A stretch of DNA of 64,000 nucleotides, from the NCBI GenBank assembly GCA_965178125.1, contig OZ237735.1, forward strand, positions 2,046,001-2,110,000, given 5' to 3'. Below the pieces are notes generated by a model, which ran no database searches, was not told the origin of the DNA, and was given only the letters and a program-made list of their open reading frames with translations. This DNA comes from Bilabrum cf. latius. Taxonomy: Eukaryota. This document shows, piece after piece, positions 30,001 to 42,000 of the stretch. Both the position numbers and the translations under genes were made by a program. How positions within the stretch are numbered: the stretch's first letter is position 1; every line of letters begins with the position of its first letter.

Positions 30001-33000
30001 ACCGCGCGTACTCGACCAGGTAAGCAGGCAGGCCAGCCGCATCGATGGATGAGAACCCGTCCATAACGGCGGTGCCAGCTGCCAAAACGGCAGAAACAGT
30101 CTAGGCGCTGGCATCAGAGCCGCTAGGTGGTACCCAGGACACCTCCAGCGACGTCGCAGAAGCGGCAACATCAACAGAGCCGCCGGCCTCGCGAGTCCGA
30201 AGCGTTACGTCACCGCGCGCAGGAGCGGGAGCCGCATCGCGGGGCACTTCCGTCGGCGGATCAGAGCCCCTGAATGCACCGGAGCCGCGGCTGTTGCTGG
30301 CTGCCACGCGCACCGCGTATCGGACGCCGGAGCTAAGACCGGTGATCACGTACTCGTTGCCATCGGGCTGTCCAGGGTTGCGCCGCACAGTGTCGCGGAA
30401 CGAAGCGGCATCTGCAGAGAACGACGCAGCTGTGCTCCAAACAGCATCGACCTGATCGGCCGACATTGAAAGCTCGGGCTCAACATCCTCACCTGCACCA
30501 ACAGGGCGCCACTGGATAGTGTAGCCAGTCGTGCTGGAACCGCGATCGTCGGCAGGGTCAAGCCAGACCACGCGCAAGCTGGAGCTCGAGCTTGCACCGG
30601 GGTTTCTCTCAAGCTGGACGTCAGCGGGCTCCTCGGGCACCGCAAGAGGGGTTAGCGTAGAATCGGGCGTGGCAACAGAAGGCAGCCCGAAGCCCTGCGA
30701 GTTCTTGGCGGACACTCGCACGATATATTGCTGACCAGCAGTCAGGCCTGCAACCGTGTACTGCAGACCGCTGGCAAGAGCATCGCCCGTGAGTACGGGG
30801 CAGCCCGAGTCGCAGCTCAGACCAGCTGCGGTGCCCTGCCTCACCAGCGTTGATGTGGAGCACGGGCCGGGCTCTGTAGTCTCGCAGAAGCTGGCCAGCG
30901 CTGTCCCGTTGGCACTGTCGGCTAGGGCGCACGAGATGCCTGCCGCGGCGGCGGCAGTAGACTCACTGGCGCACACACCAGCGGTAGCACCGGTGCCCTC
31001 AAGCCCGGACGAAGAAACGAAGAGTGCAGGGGGCCCTGACCGAGGATAGGAAAGGAAGGTCACGCTCCACTCGCGAGGAGACGCGTTCTCGAGGGTCACA
31101 TCTACATCACCCACTCCCTCGATGCCCTCCAGAGAGCTCTCAAGCACAGCAGGGTGGGCGTTCCAAGCCACCTGCACGTCCGAAGTAGCGGCACCAGGGG
31201 CCCCTACCAGGAAGTAGCCACCGGTGGCACCAGCGGAAACCTTGATGGTCTGAACGGGATCTGTTCCGTTGATGCGACCACTGTGCCACTCCACCCTATA
31301 CGAGGTCACCACGGCACCACCGTCCTCACGTGGAGCCGTCCACAAAACCTCCAGCGTGTCATCGTTATCGCTCCCGCTGGGTAGGGCAGCTGACGTGCCG
31401 GTAGCGCGGTCTGGCAACACACCGGTGGACTGGATCTCGAACGGAGACCCAGTCACATCCTCAAGGCCATAGAAGAGGCGCTCGGCGGGGATGATGACGA
31501 GACCCTGGGACGCAGACGTGTACTTAAGCTCGACCTGAGCAGCGCCAGTGGCCTCCTACCACTCCAACGTGATGGGAACCAGGCGACCGGCCACGAGCGG
31601 ACTCGTGGTGCTGCCCGTTAGGGTCACGGCAGAGGCTGACTTCGTGCCCAGTGTGTTGAAGAGCTCCTCACCATCCACCACTAGCCTTGCCGCATCGTTC
31701 ACGGTCGCCTCGAAGGTGAAGTTCTCGCTGAATGGGACCTTCAGCCAGCCTGTCCACCTGGCAGACACATCGTCCTGACCAGTGGAGGTGACGAAGGTAG
31801 GCCATGAAAAGCTGATCGTTGTGTCGACGCGGGTCATGGCGGGCTTACCGAAGAAGAAACGATTGTTGTAGTAGCTGCCCTGGAGGCCGCCAGGAAGCGC
31901 CCGGCTCACGTTGATGTTGTAGGTACCCTCCCGTGGCATCACGTAGGTGACTGCATGGGTGCCGTTGCCTGCCATCATGTGAGATACGTCACCTTCAATC
32001 ACGACGCTTCCCGCATCATCAGCAGCCCGCACGATGAATTCGTTGCTCACGCGGCCCTGGCGAGCCTCGGTACCGGTTAGGGGTGACCTGGCACAGGACT
32101 CCTCAACAGTCGCAGCGGCGCCTGGGCCCTCGAGCAGCTGGCCCTCGGCATGCAGCAGAGCAGGCCCAAAGGCATCCGACGTGTTGTAGGAGAAAGCAGC
32201 CGCGAGCTGATCCTCAAATCCAGTCGAGGCATCAGAGTCCCAAGACAAGAACGTGATGGCAAACTCAGCCTCACCAGCGCCGGCGCGGGTTTGCAGCTCG
32301 GTACGGGTCACGCGAACAGTGTTGATGCCAGGGAGCGACTCTAGGACCTGCTTAAGGCCAACTCCGAGGGGCTCCGCAGCTTGCTGAGCGCCCGGCACAC
32401 TCACGAAATCGGGCTGGTCCTCGCCGGTGCTGTCATCAGCGGAGATGCCGGGGCGCAGGAGGCGCGAGACATACCCGTTGAACTCAACGCGCCAGTATCC
32501 AGACAGCACCTGGTCGGCAGACTCAGCAAGTCCGACAGTCGAGTTGTCGCCAAGCATGAGGCGGATCCGCTGGACGCGACGGGCGTCGCACGCAGTGATG
32601 GCAGCGCCGTCGGAGCCAAGGCCGGCCAGGGGGTCTTCATGGGACTCGAAGACGCCAGAATTCTCGCCACCGAGCACAAGACCAGTGTCGTTGTTGTACG
32701 CCGCCTCAAGCTGTGACAACTGAGCAGCATTGAGCTCGGACAGGCCGTTCACCTCATCCACAATCTCGAGCGCCTCTACATCGCCAAGCACAGTCTCGAA
32801 CGTGATCACGAACTCGGTCACGTTCAGACCAACGCCCGTCAGACCGGAGCTGTCCACAGCTGATGTGATCTCAGCGACAGAAACGTCACCAGCCACGCCG
32901 GTAGCCTCGAGGGCAGACTCGATAATGCCTGCATCCACAGCACCAGCATCCAGTCGAGCAGTGGACACGCCACGGAACTTCAAGCGGAACGATCCCGCGG

Positions 33001-36000
33001 GCTCGTCAAGGGCACCACCAGTGGACACCAGGGTAAGCACCTGCTGTTCAGAGCGAGGCTCCCTTAGGAAGGCATTCCCGAAGGTATCCCTGCAGGTGAT
33101 CCCGAAGCGCGCGGTCGTCTGGTACACACCGCCTTCAAGGCCACCGCCGAGCGAGTCCTCGGCAGTGCACTCGGCAGGAGGTGACTGCGCAAGCACAACT
33201 GGCTGGAACGGGCTCTCACCGTCGCGAGCACCAGCATGCGCACCAGTGCCGGACAGCACTAGCACTTCACCCGGAATTCCACTGGCCTGGATGCTGCTAG
33301 AAGCAACGGCAAGAGAGGGCAAGTCTCCGACGGAAAAAAGGCTTGACAACGGCGGCTCGGCGAGCGCCATGAAGGTAGAGTTTGAACCCTCAGCATTGAA
33401 AGGAGCGGCGAAAGGCTCAAAAGTGACACGGAACGCAGTGCCGTTCTCCACAGCATCCGTAAACTGAGTCACACTGGCCCTGGCGATGCCGGCAAGGGCC
33501 TCGAGGCGCTCCCGGATTGAGCCGATGCCATCTGCACCATCTGCTGGTGCGTCGTGCTCGATGGGCTCAGTTTCTTGGCCAAGGTAAGAGAGCGTGAAAC
33601 TTCCGTTCTAGTTGTTGACAGTCGGGAAGGAAATGCGGATCACCTGCTGCTCTGCCACGAGAGGTGACTGCGCCGTCTTTATGTGCGCCTGCTGGCCGTC
33701 CTGCACCGTAGACACCACAACGGAGCGGGTACCGTCGGACGTGGCTTGCAGGTCAGCATCGTCCGCAACCATCTGGGGCACATCACCAGCCACGCCAGAG
33801 AAGGTCACAGAGTATGAAACGCTGCCATCGGTGGGGTTGCCGCCCGCGGACGCAGAAGGAGTCGTCTGCGAGACATCGACCCGCCCGGCCACTGCGGGCA
33901 GGCACTCCTCCAGGGCAGCCTTGAGCTCAGCCGCGCTGGCATCGAAGGCAATCGGCTTGCTGATTTCCCCGCCGAGAATGATCCGGTATACGCGCGAGCC
34001 AATCGAGCTGGACGGCTGCCCGGCAGAGGTGCCAGCCTCGGAGGCGGAAGCACCCACCACGGTGATCTACTGGATCTCAGGCCTGATGCCAAGGGCAACT
34101 GCAAGAGTTCGCTTTCCGACGGAAGTGGCGTTGTACTCTACGTCAACTCGAAGCGACGGGCCACTGATACCATCGCCAGCATCACAACGCACGGTCTGCG
34201 ACGTCACATCGTCCACAAATGGCACCATCATCGAAGGAGCCGTGGACAGCGAAGTGGGTCGCAGAAGCGCGGCAACGGTCGGTGCCGTATGCTCGCAGCC
34301 CAAGTCGTTTCCGTACTGATCGCGAAGGATCACAGTGAAGCTGGAGCCTCCACCAGTTTCAGTGCGCACCAGGCCCTGGCCCACTGCAGTCGACTGCGCC
34401 GCGTTCACACCATCGCTCGTCACCGAAACGCGGAATGGCGATCCGCCAATCGCAGTCGATGGGGCGCCAGCATCCACCACGGAGATATCAAGGCTACCGC
34501 CCACCAGCTCGCTGTCATCGGATAGGAAGGTCTCGATGTCTGCAAGACCAGCATCTGTGGAAGCAATGATTGCAATGTCCCAAGCACGTCCTCCGAACTC
34601 GTCCACAAATACCGATGAGTTGCTGGCTTCCACTGAAAGCGAAGTGATCGGTGCGGACACTAGGCCGTCTGCAGTGGCTGCCCTCTCCTCTTCATCGGCA
34701 GCATCCGCTATAGCGTCTGCGGTAACACGAGTCACCGAGACGTTGACGCCTTGCGTGTCAAACAGGGGCACGGCAGCGACGAGGGCGCTGGCCACGTCGG
34801 CTGCGGTAGCGTTGAACGCGATCGGCGCGGTGGTGAAGAGCATGCCATCCGTTCCAGGGTAGGCAAGCACGAACGAGCCACTGCCCTCCGACGACAGTAC
34901 GGTTCGCACGCGCTGCACCTGGGGCCGACGAGGTGCCGACACGCGGATCTCGTAATCCCCGCGCACGGTGGGAGTGAATGAGACGGAATGGGTTCCGGTG
35001 TTCTCGCCGCCCAGATAGATGGGCAGGCCAGCAGCGCTCTCGCCACGGAAGGCAGACGAGAGGGGGATGCTCTCGTTATTGAAAACGCCAGAGCTCGACA
35101 CCACGAGGGTCTCGCCACCGACGATGATACGATCGCCACGGCGCACGGCGCCCACAAGGGACACGCCGCCAGTGCTGATGATGCGGGAGCCCTCCTCGAC
35201 CATGGCGCAGGTGCTGCATACCTCAGTGTAGTCTTGAGCCGACACTGCGACGGTGCCAGCGCGATCCGGGGCTGAAGGAACAGCTGCGCCAGAGGACGCA
35301 CCGACGAACACCTCGGGAAGCGCAGTCCAGAAATCACCGGTGCGGCCGATGGCAGCCCAAGAGGACACGCCTACAACCTCCACCTCGAGCTTATCATCGC
35401 CGGTCTGGAACCTGCGGTTGCCGGACGCATCGTTCATCTGCACGGTGAACTCCACCAAGTCGCCTGCGGTAACCTGCGTGGGTGCTCCAACGATTGCGGA
35501 TGCCTGCGCCGATCGAGCGCCGGGATACACAACGTACGGCTGCGGGGAACCGCGGATCGCCCTGCGGAACGCGAACGCCGCGGAAGGAACGGTTGCGAAC
35601 GCACCGAGAGTTTGACCGGCAGCATCCGAACGAGCCCACTGCAGGGCAATGGCTGCTGCGCCAGAGCCGTGCCTGTACTCCACCTCAATCGAAGCACCAA
35701 CGGCACCATCACTAGCCAAGGGTAGCGAGATAGCGCCAGAAGTCGCAGTGTTCGGCGCTGCCTCCCAGTTGTCGATGACCACAGTGCCATTCACGCGAAC
35801 CCGCACGCCTCCATCGGACACGGAGCGCAGCACGTACATGGCGGTCTGGTCGCTAGGTCCGTCATTTGCGGTAGGCACCCCGAAGATGGATCCGGACCAG
35901 CGTGCTGACCACTCCTCCGTTGGGAAGAGATCCCCAGACGGGCCCCTGAAGGCCAGGGAGAGGGCGGGCTGGGTACCCCAGTTGAAGTCGATGGCATCAT

Positions 36001-39000
36001 CAACCATAGTTGAGTCGCACGTATCCACCGTGAACTGGAGTGCCCGACCCTCTGCAGGAACGGGAGACGGGCAGTGCGGCAAAAGGCCGGATACTGGGTA
36101 CGTGGACAGGTCATCGGCGGCATAGTACGTCGCCAGCAGTCCGCCACGTGTCTCCAGCTCAATTCCAAGGTCAAAGACGCCCGCAGTCGCCGGTGTGAAA
36201 CCACCAGCATAGACTCCATCGGAGTTGGCGCTGCCGCCGCGGGCAAACAGAGGCACCACCACGGTGCCGCTGCTGCCGGACGTGCGGCTGCGAGGGTCAG
36301 CACCCCCAGCAAACGAAGCAACCAGACGCTCGCCGGCACCCAGGGGGCCGTCAAGCTCGTTCTCAAACTGGTCAGCGAGCTGCACGGTGAAGGTCTCTTC
36401 AACGCCGACCTGGGCCAGTCCGTCCGCGTCATGCACTGTGGAGCCGGCCTGGGCGGAAGTCGGCTCGTACATAATGCCTGCACTCTGTGCGGGATGGTCA
36501 GCTGTGATGTCATCACCGTCCAACTGGATCACGGCGTCGTACGTGCCCTTGACGCCAGCGTCGTACGTGATCGTGTACACGCCGTCTCCAGCGTACTGCG
36601 TGTCCACGCTGCCGCGGGCCATTTCCCGAATCTCGGCATGCACACCGGCGCCCTCCCCGCCGTCGAGCGGAGAAACAGACGAAGAAGCTGATGCAAGGAG
36701 ACCGGACTCATCCACGACGCGGAGGCTGGGGGCCACGCGAGAGCCAGTGTACGGAGCTGCAGCGACAGCAGCAGACGCAGCATCCTTCGGCCATCCCTGC
36801 ACTGTCACAAACACAGGCTTTCCTGCATCGCAAGTTGAGATGGCAGGTACGCCGACGGTTGCTGACACATTGAAAAGATCCGCACCCAATGCGTCCGTGG
36901 AGGACACAGAGACCTGCACAGCCGCAGTCTGGGCCTCAGTGAAGCCAGCCAGAGACGCAGCGCCCTCGTACATGCGCTGCACTGCCGCTGCAAGTGAAGG
37001 GAGCGATGAATTCGCGGCCAGGATCTCAGTAAGTGCCTGGCGGTCAGCTGGGAAACCGAAGAACGAAGGGTTCTGGGCAGAATCCGATGCGCCCGAAGAG
37101 ATGGCGGCACCTGACTCGGCACCATCCACGCCCAGCGTGAAGGAACCATTGTAGGCAGTGCACCTCAACTCGAACACGCTGTCCTCAGCGATGTAGACCT
37201 CGCTGAAGGTGCCGTTTGCAGACCGCCTGCGAAGGCCAAGGATGATGTCGCCGGCACGTGCATCATCGATGCCCGCCACTCCCGCGAGTAGGTTGCCCTG
37301 CTAGCCACTCACGATCTCCTGCACCTCCACCGCGGGCCGTGGGTCGGCGGCAGGGGACTCCAGACCGCGCCACGCGAAGCGGGGGGGAGTAGTGGAGAGG
37401 TCTTCGGCAGGGAGCGCGGCTCCATCAATGCTAGCGTAGGCTTCCAGCGTCCAAGCAGCCTGGATTAGGGGCCGATCGCCCTGCTCAGCCGGTACAGTCT
37501 CTCCAGCAGCGCCAAAGGTGATGGCCCATGACCTGCGGGTTCCCGAGGATGTTACAGACAGGGCAGCTGCCTCAGAAACAGTGAGACCGGCATCGGCGGA
37601 AGACACCTCTACCTGCTCGATCCCGGACAGGGACTCCAACGCAGCCTCGATCTAGTCAGCGGAAGCCAACGAGTCAATGGGACCAGTCCACTCCCCGCCA
37701 AATCCGAGGCGGAAGTCACCGAATGCGGCATGCACGCCCTCTTGCCCCACAGCAACGCTTGCGGTAGCGCCGCCAGTCAAGCCAGCTGAACTCACCTGCA
37801 TCGTCGGCACGTCGCCGCCAGACTCAGAGAACGTGACGGTAAACGTGTTGGTGCCATCGCAGATGGTCCCGGCACCAGTCACAGTGATAGCATCAGATCC
37901 GTCCAAGTCGAGGGCACCGGCTGCATCAGCAAAGGCGGCCCGCAGAGCGGTCTGAGCCTAGGCTGCGGTTGCGTCGAAAGCAACAGTGGCAGTCAGCGTA
38001 GCCGGATACTGCGTGGGGGTCGTGCCAGTCCCAGCAGCGGGCAGGTAGAGGTCCATGGTCCCGCCAGTCGCGGCCGCGTCACAGGAAATCTCCTGCTCCT
38101 CCGCCACACCATCCGACGCCGAAGCATCATCGTGTGCAACAGCTCGCACAGACACAATCTGCACCTCACGCACGCGCATGTCCCGCACGGTCACATTGAT
38201 CGACTCCCTGGCGCCAACAGTGCCACCGATCAGGCCGGTGCCATCTGCCAGGGAGGCACCAGCGTTGGCCGGGCCAGGGGCCACAGTGAAGAACCACGGA
38301 GACCCAGAGATCTCCTGACCGAGACCACCGTTCGACTTCGCGCCGAAGATACGCGCTCTCCAGTCCCCGCGCTCGTGCACGCTGTAACGTACAGGGTAAA
38401 CGCCACCTGCGGCGGTTGCGTTGGCTGCGACAGATGGGCTGGCACCCGTCAGCGACACATCTTCAACTGTGAGTTTTGCGGGCGACCAGTTCCGGAGAAG
38501 CGCAGAGTCCACGACGGTCAGGCGGAATGTGCGAAGGCTTGTGGTGCCGCCGACCGCCTTGGGGGAGCCTGCCTCCTCCTCCAGTACAACAAGTGAGGTA
38601 CCCTTGCTGCCAGCATCAGTAGAAGCTCCTGCTTCGATACCAAGGGTAGCACCGCCACTCCCAGCAACCGAACCGGGCAGCGTAGAGGACGGCACAGCGT
38701 CGTCATTCGCAAGGAGCTGCGCGTAGGCGTCAGATGCTAGGCGAGAAATCTCTGCCTCCAGGGCGGTCACAGGCGCGTTAAAATCCAGGGGTGCAGATGC
38801 ACGTCCATCGTACGAAACGGTGAAGCGACCTCCAGAGGCGCGCACGTACACCATCGTCACGGCGGTAGACGTGGCAACAACCTGACCGGACGGGCCATAA
38901 AGCTCGACGCGGAAGGCATCTGCATTCCCGCTCGCTGTGGCACCGATGCCACCGGTCTGGTTTCCTACTCGCAAGTTGCCACTGCCATCCCGAGCGTATA

Positions 39001-42000
39001 CGAGGAAGGTAGCGTGTTGCTGTGAAGTGGCTGACATGAGGCCGTGCCCAGCCGCGGTCGATGCAGCAGCGCTAAAGTGGGAGTGAACGACATTGGCGGT
39101 ACTAGCCGCGCGGCGGCCTGCCAAGAGAACGGGCTCGGCGCCGCGCTTTTCCAGCTCAGCGGCGGTCTCGGTCTCACCGGCCCCAGCAGAGTTCATGGGC
39201 AGCAGATGCACGGACACCGTGTACTCGCCGGCGATCACAGGGGTGTACCTGATGTCATAGGTCCCATCGCCGTTGTCTACTATGTCACCGGCCACAATAG
39301 TGCGCCCGCCGGCAGACCCGTCAGCAAGGTCCTAAAGAGACAACTCCCCGAGTCCATCGGCTGTCACGAGCGATGTGCGAGCTACGATGCGGCTGGCGTC
39401 GCCACCGACCGTGATCTGGTTTCCGCTCGAATCGCGAGCCTGCAGAGTCATTGTGGACACATCACCGGCAACTCCTTCGGTGAGACCGCTGCCACTCACC
39501 GAGGTGGTCACGTACGAGATGCGGCCAGGCAGCACGGTCACAGAGTATGGTGAGGCACCCATTGGGGTGCTGGCACCCACCGCCTCTCCAGCAAACGACA
39601 CACTCACTGAGAACGTGCCAGCGGAAGTGGGGGTGTACCGTGCGCGGAACAGGCCGGAACCGACGGACTCCACTACTGGGGCAATCACCTGGCCGGCACC
39701 AGCCACCTCGACCGAAATGTCGTTCAACACGGCCGCGCCCTCTGGGGTGGTCGCGTCGTCGGTCCGGTTGTTGCCCTGAGCATCTCTAAGCTGCAGGTAG
39801 AACTCGGTTGGCACTCCTGCGACGAGGCTGGAAGACTCGGCGCCCTCGCCGAACACCATCGAGAACGGCGCATCGGGCATTCCGGGCCTCACATCGATGG
39901 CAAAAGGAGAGCCGTGGATATGCTCCGCTGCAGCGAGCATGCCAGAGGGGACAACCTCCCGAGCGCGAGAAGGCGAAGACCACTCCAGCTTGATGGCTGC
40001 TGGTCCAGTGGAATGGCGGTACTCAACCACGACGTCCGCCCACTCGCCCTCCTCGAGCTCGACGCCAGCCTGGAGCTCCTGCATGGTATCTAGCTGACCC
40101 GCGACGTCCGACGGAGACATGCCCTGGCTGAGAAGCAGCTCGTGGTTGATCCACACCCTGACACCACCACCAATAGCAGACACGAAGAACGTGAAGCGCT
40201 CCGTGGAGGGTACCAGAAGCTTGCCAGTCCAGCGAATCGACACATAGTCCCTTGCGTAGGGCGTCACGAGTCCCTCGCCAAAATCAAAATCGATGCCGGC
40301 GTCCAGCCTCTCCATCGACGCAGGCGCGCGGAACCACTGGGAGTCGTAGTAAGCACCGGTCAGGCCACCGCGCACTAGCTGCCGCACGGCAAGGGCAGCC
40401 GGGCCGGGGCTCGAAGGGGCGTACCGCCCAGCGTACGCTGGCTTGCCCACGACGAGATGCTTGCTAAGGACATCACCGCCATCGAAGTTGTCGGCGGCTC
40501 CCATGCGGGTCTCCTCCACAGCCACTGATGCGCTGCTTCCGCGCAGTGAGGCGGCGTTGGAAACAAGGATAGGCGCATCGCCAGGGAAGTCCACAAAGGT
40601 GACGGACCACTCAAACGTCTGGGCTGGCCCGCTCAGAGCCTGCCTGGACACGCGGACGGAGCCCAGGCCCGGCAAGAGCTCGAGTGCCGCCTGCATCTCA
40701 GACGCAGAAGCGTCATGCGGAATGGCCGCGGAGTCAACGCCCCCAAACTGAAGGGTGAAGGATCCCGCCAAAGGCGTGGGCGATCCACCGCTGGTAGCAA
40801 TTCGCTGCACCTCCCGCACGGTCGTGCCCGGCTGGATCAGCGGCACCGAACCCGCGTTACGACGGAAGGTGACCAGCCAGGTCAGCCCGTTCCAACGAGC
40901 GCTGCGGTCAACATCCACAGTACCAACGGAGGGCAACGCCTCCAGTGCAGCCTTCACGTCCGAAGCAGTGGCGTCGTAGCCGAGTAGCTCGGTCTCATCG
41001 CTCTCAAACGACAGCGTAAAGGTGCCTGTGAGCGGCGACGACCCGTTCGTCACAGTGGCCACAGCGGAGTCCTCCGGGGTGGTGCTGCCTGACGTGATCT
41101 CGATCTCCGGCACGTTGCCCAGGGGCTGCGCAAACGTGATGCTCCAGCGGGTAGCGCCGGTCACACCAGCGGCAGCGGCCACGCCGGTCGTGTCCACAGC
41201 CACAGAAGCCTTCACAAAGGCGGTCGAGTCCTCTTGGAGGGCAGCATCCGTCACGCCGAAGTCGAACGGCGTAGGCACGGCGCTGTCAGCACCAGTGCTG
41301 GAGGTATTGGCTGCTCCAGTGACTTCGCGAAGCAGAATCGTGCCGAGCGCGGCCTCAAGCTCGTCAGCGGTTGTGGCTGAGGTCACTGCAATCGTGGTCG
41401 TGGACTCACCCACCTTCAGCACGAGCTCAGAGGTGGTCATATCAGTAGCTGCAGTAAAGCTGGTCAGCGTCACGGTCTGCACCTCCCGTACAATGCCGGT
41501 GGCAGCAGCAGACTTGATGGACTGCACTGCAGCGCGGCCAGAACGGATCTCGCGGACGCTCATGGACGCTAGAGCAGTGGCAGGGGTCAGCACCTCAGCT
41601 GCAACGCTGAGGGGAGCCACGTCTCCAGTCAGGGTCAGGAAGGTGACGTCCCACACAGAGGCCCCCTGTCCAGCAGGTGATCCCTCGTACCGAGTCACCT
41701 ACACATCACCCGTGGCGGTCGTTCCATCGGCTGTGGTCAGCGCCTCAAGCGCGGCCTCCACTTCGGCCGCAGTCGCGTCGAATTCAAGGGGGATCGTGAC
41801 CAACGAGGTGTTCCCGCCTCCCAGCAAGAGGGTCTAGTTCAGGTTGAAAGCCAGAGTAAAGTTGCCGGCCGACACGGCGGGTGCAGATGCCGACAGCGGC
41901 GGCACGTCGATGGAGATTCGCTGCACCTCTGCCTCAGTGGGCTCGTAGGTGGCAACACCGCCGTCTGATGACCACGAGTACACCATGGAAGCAGACGAGG

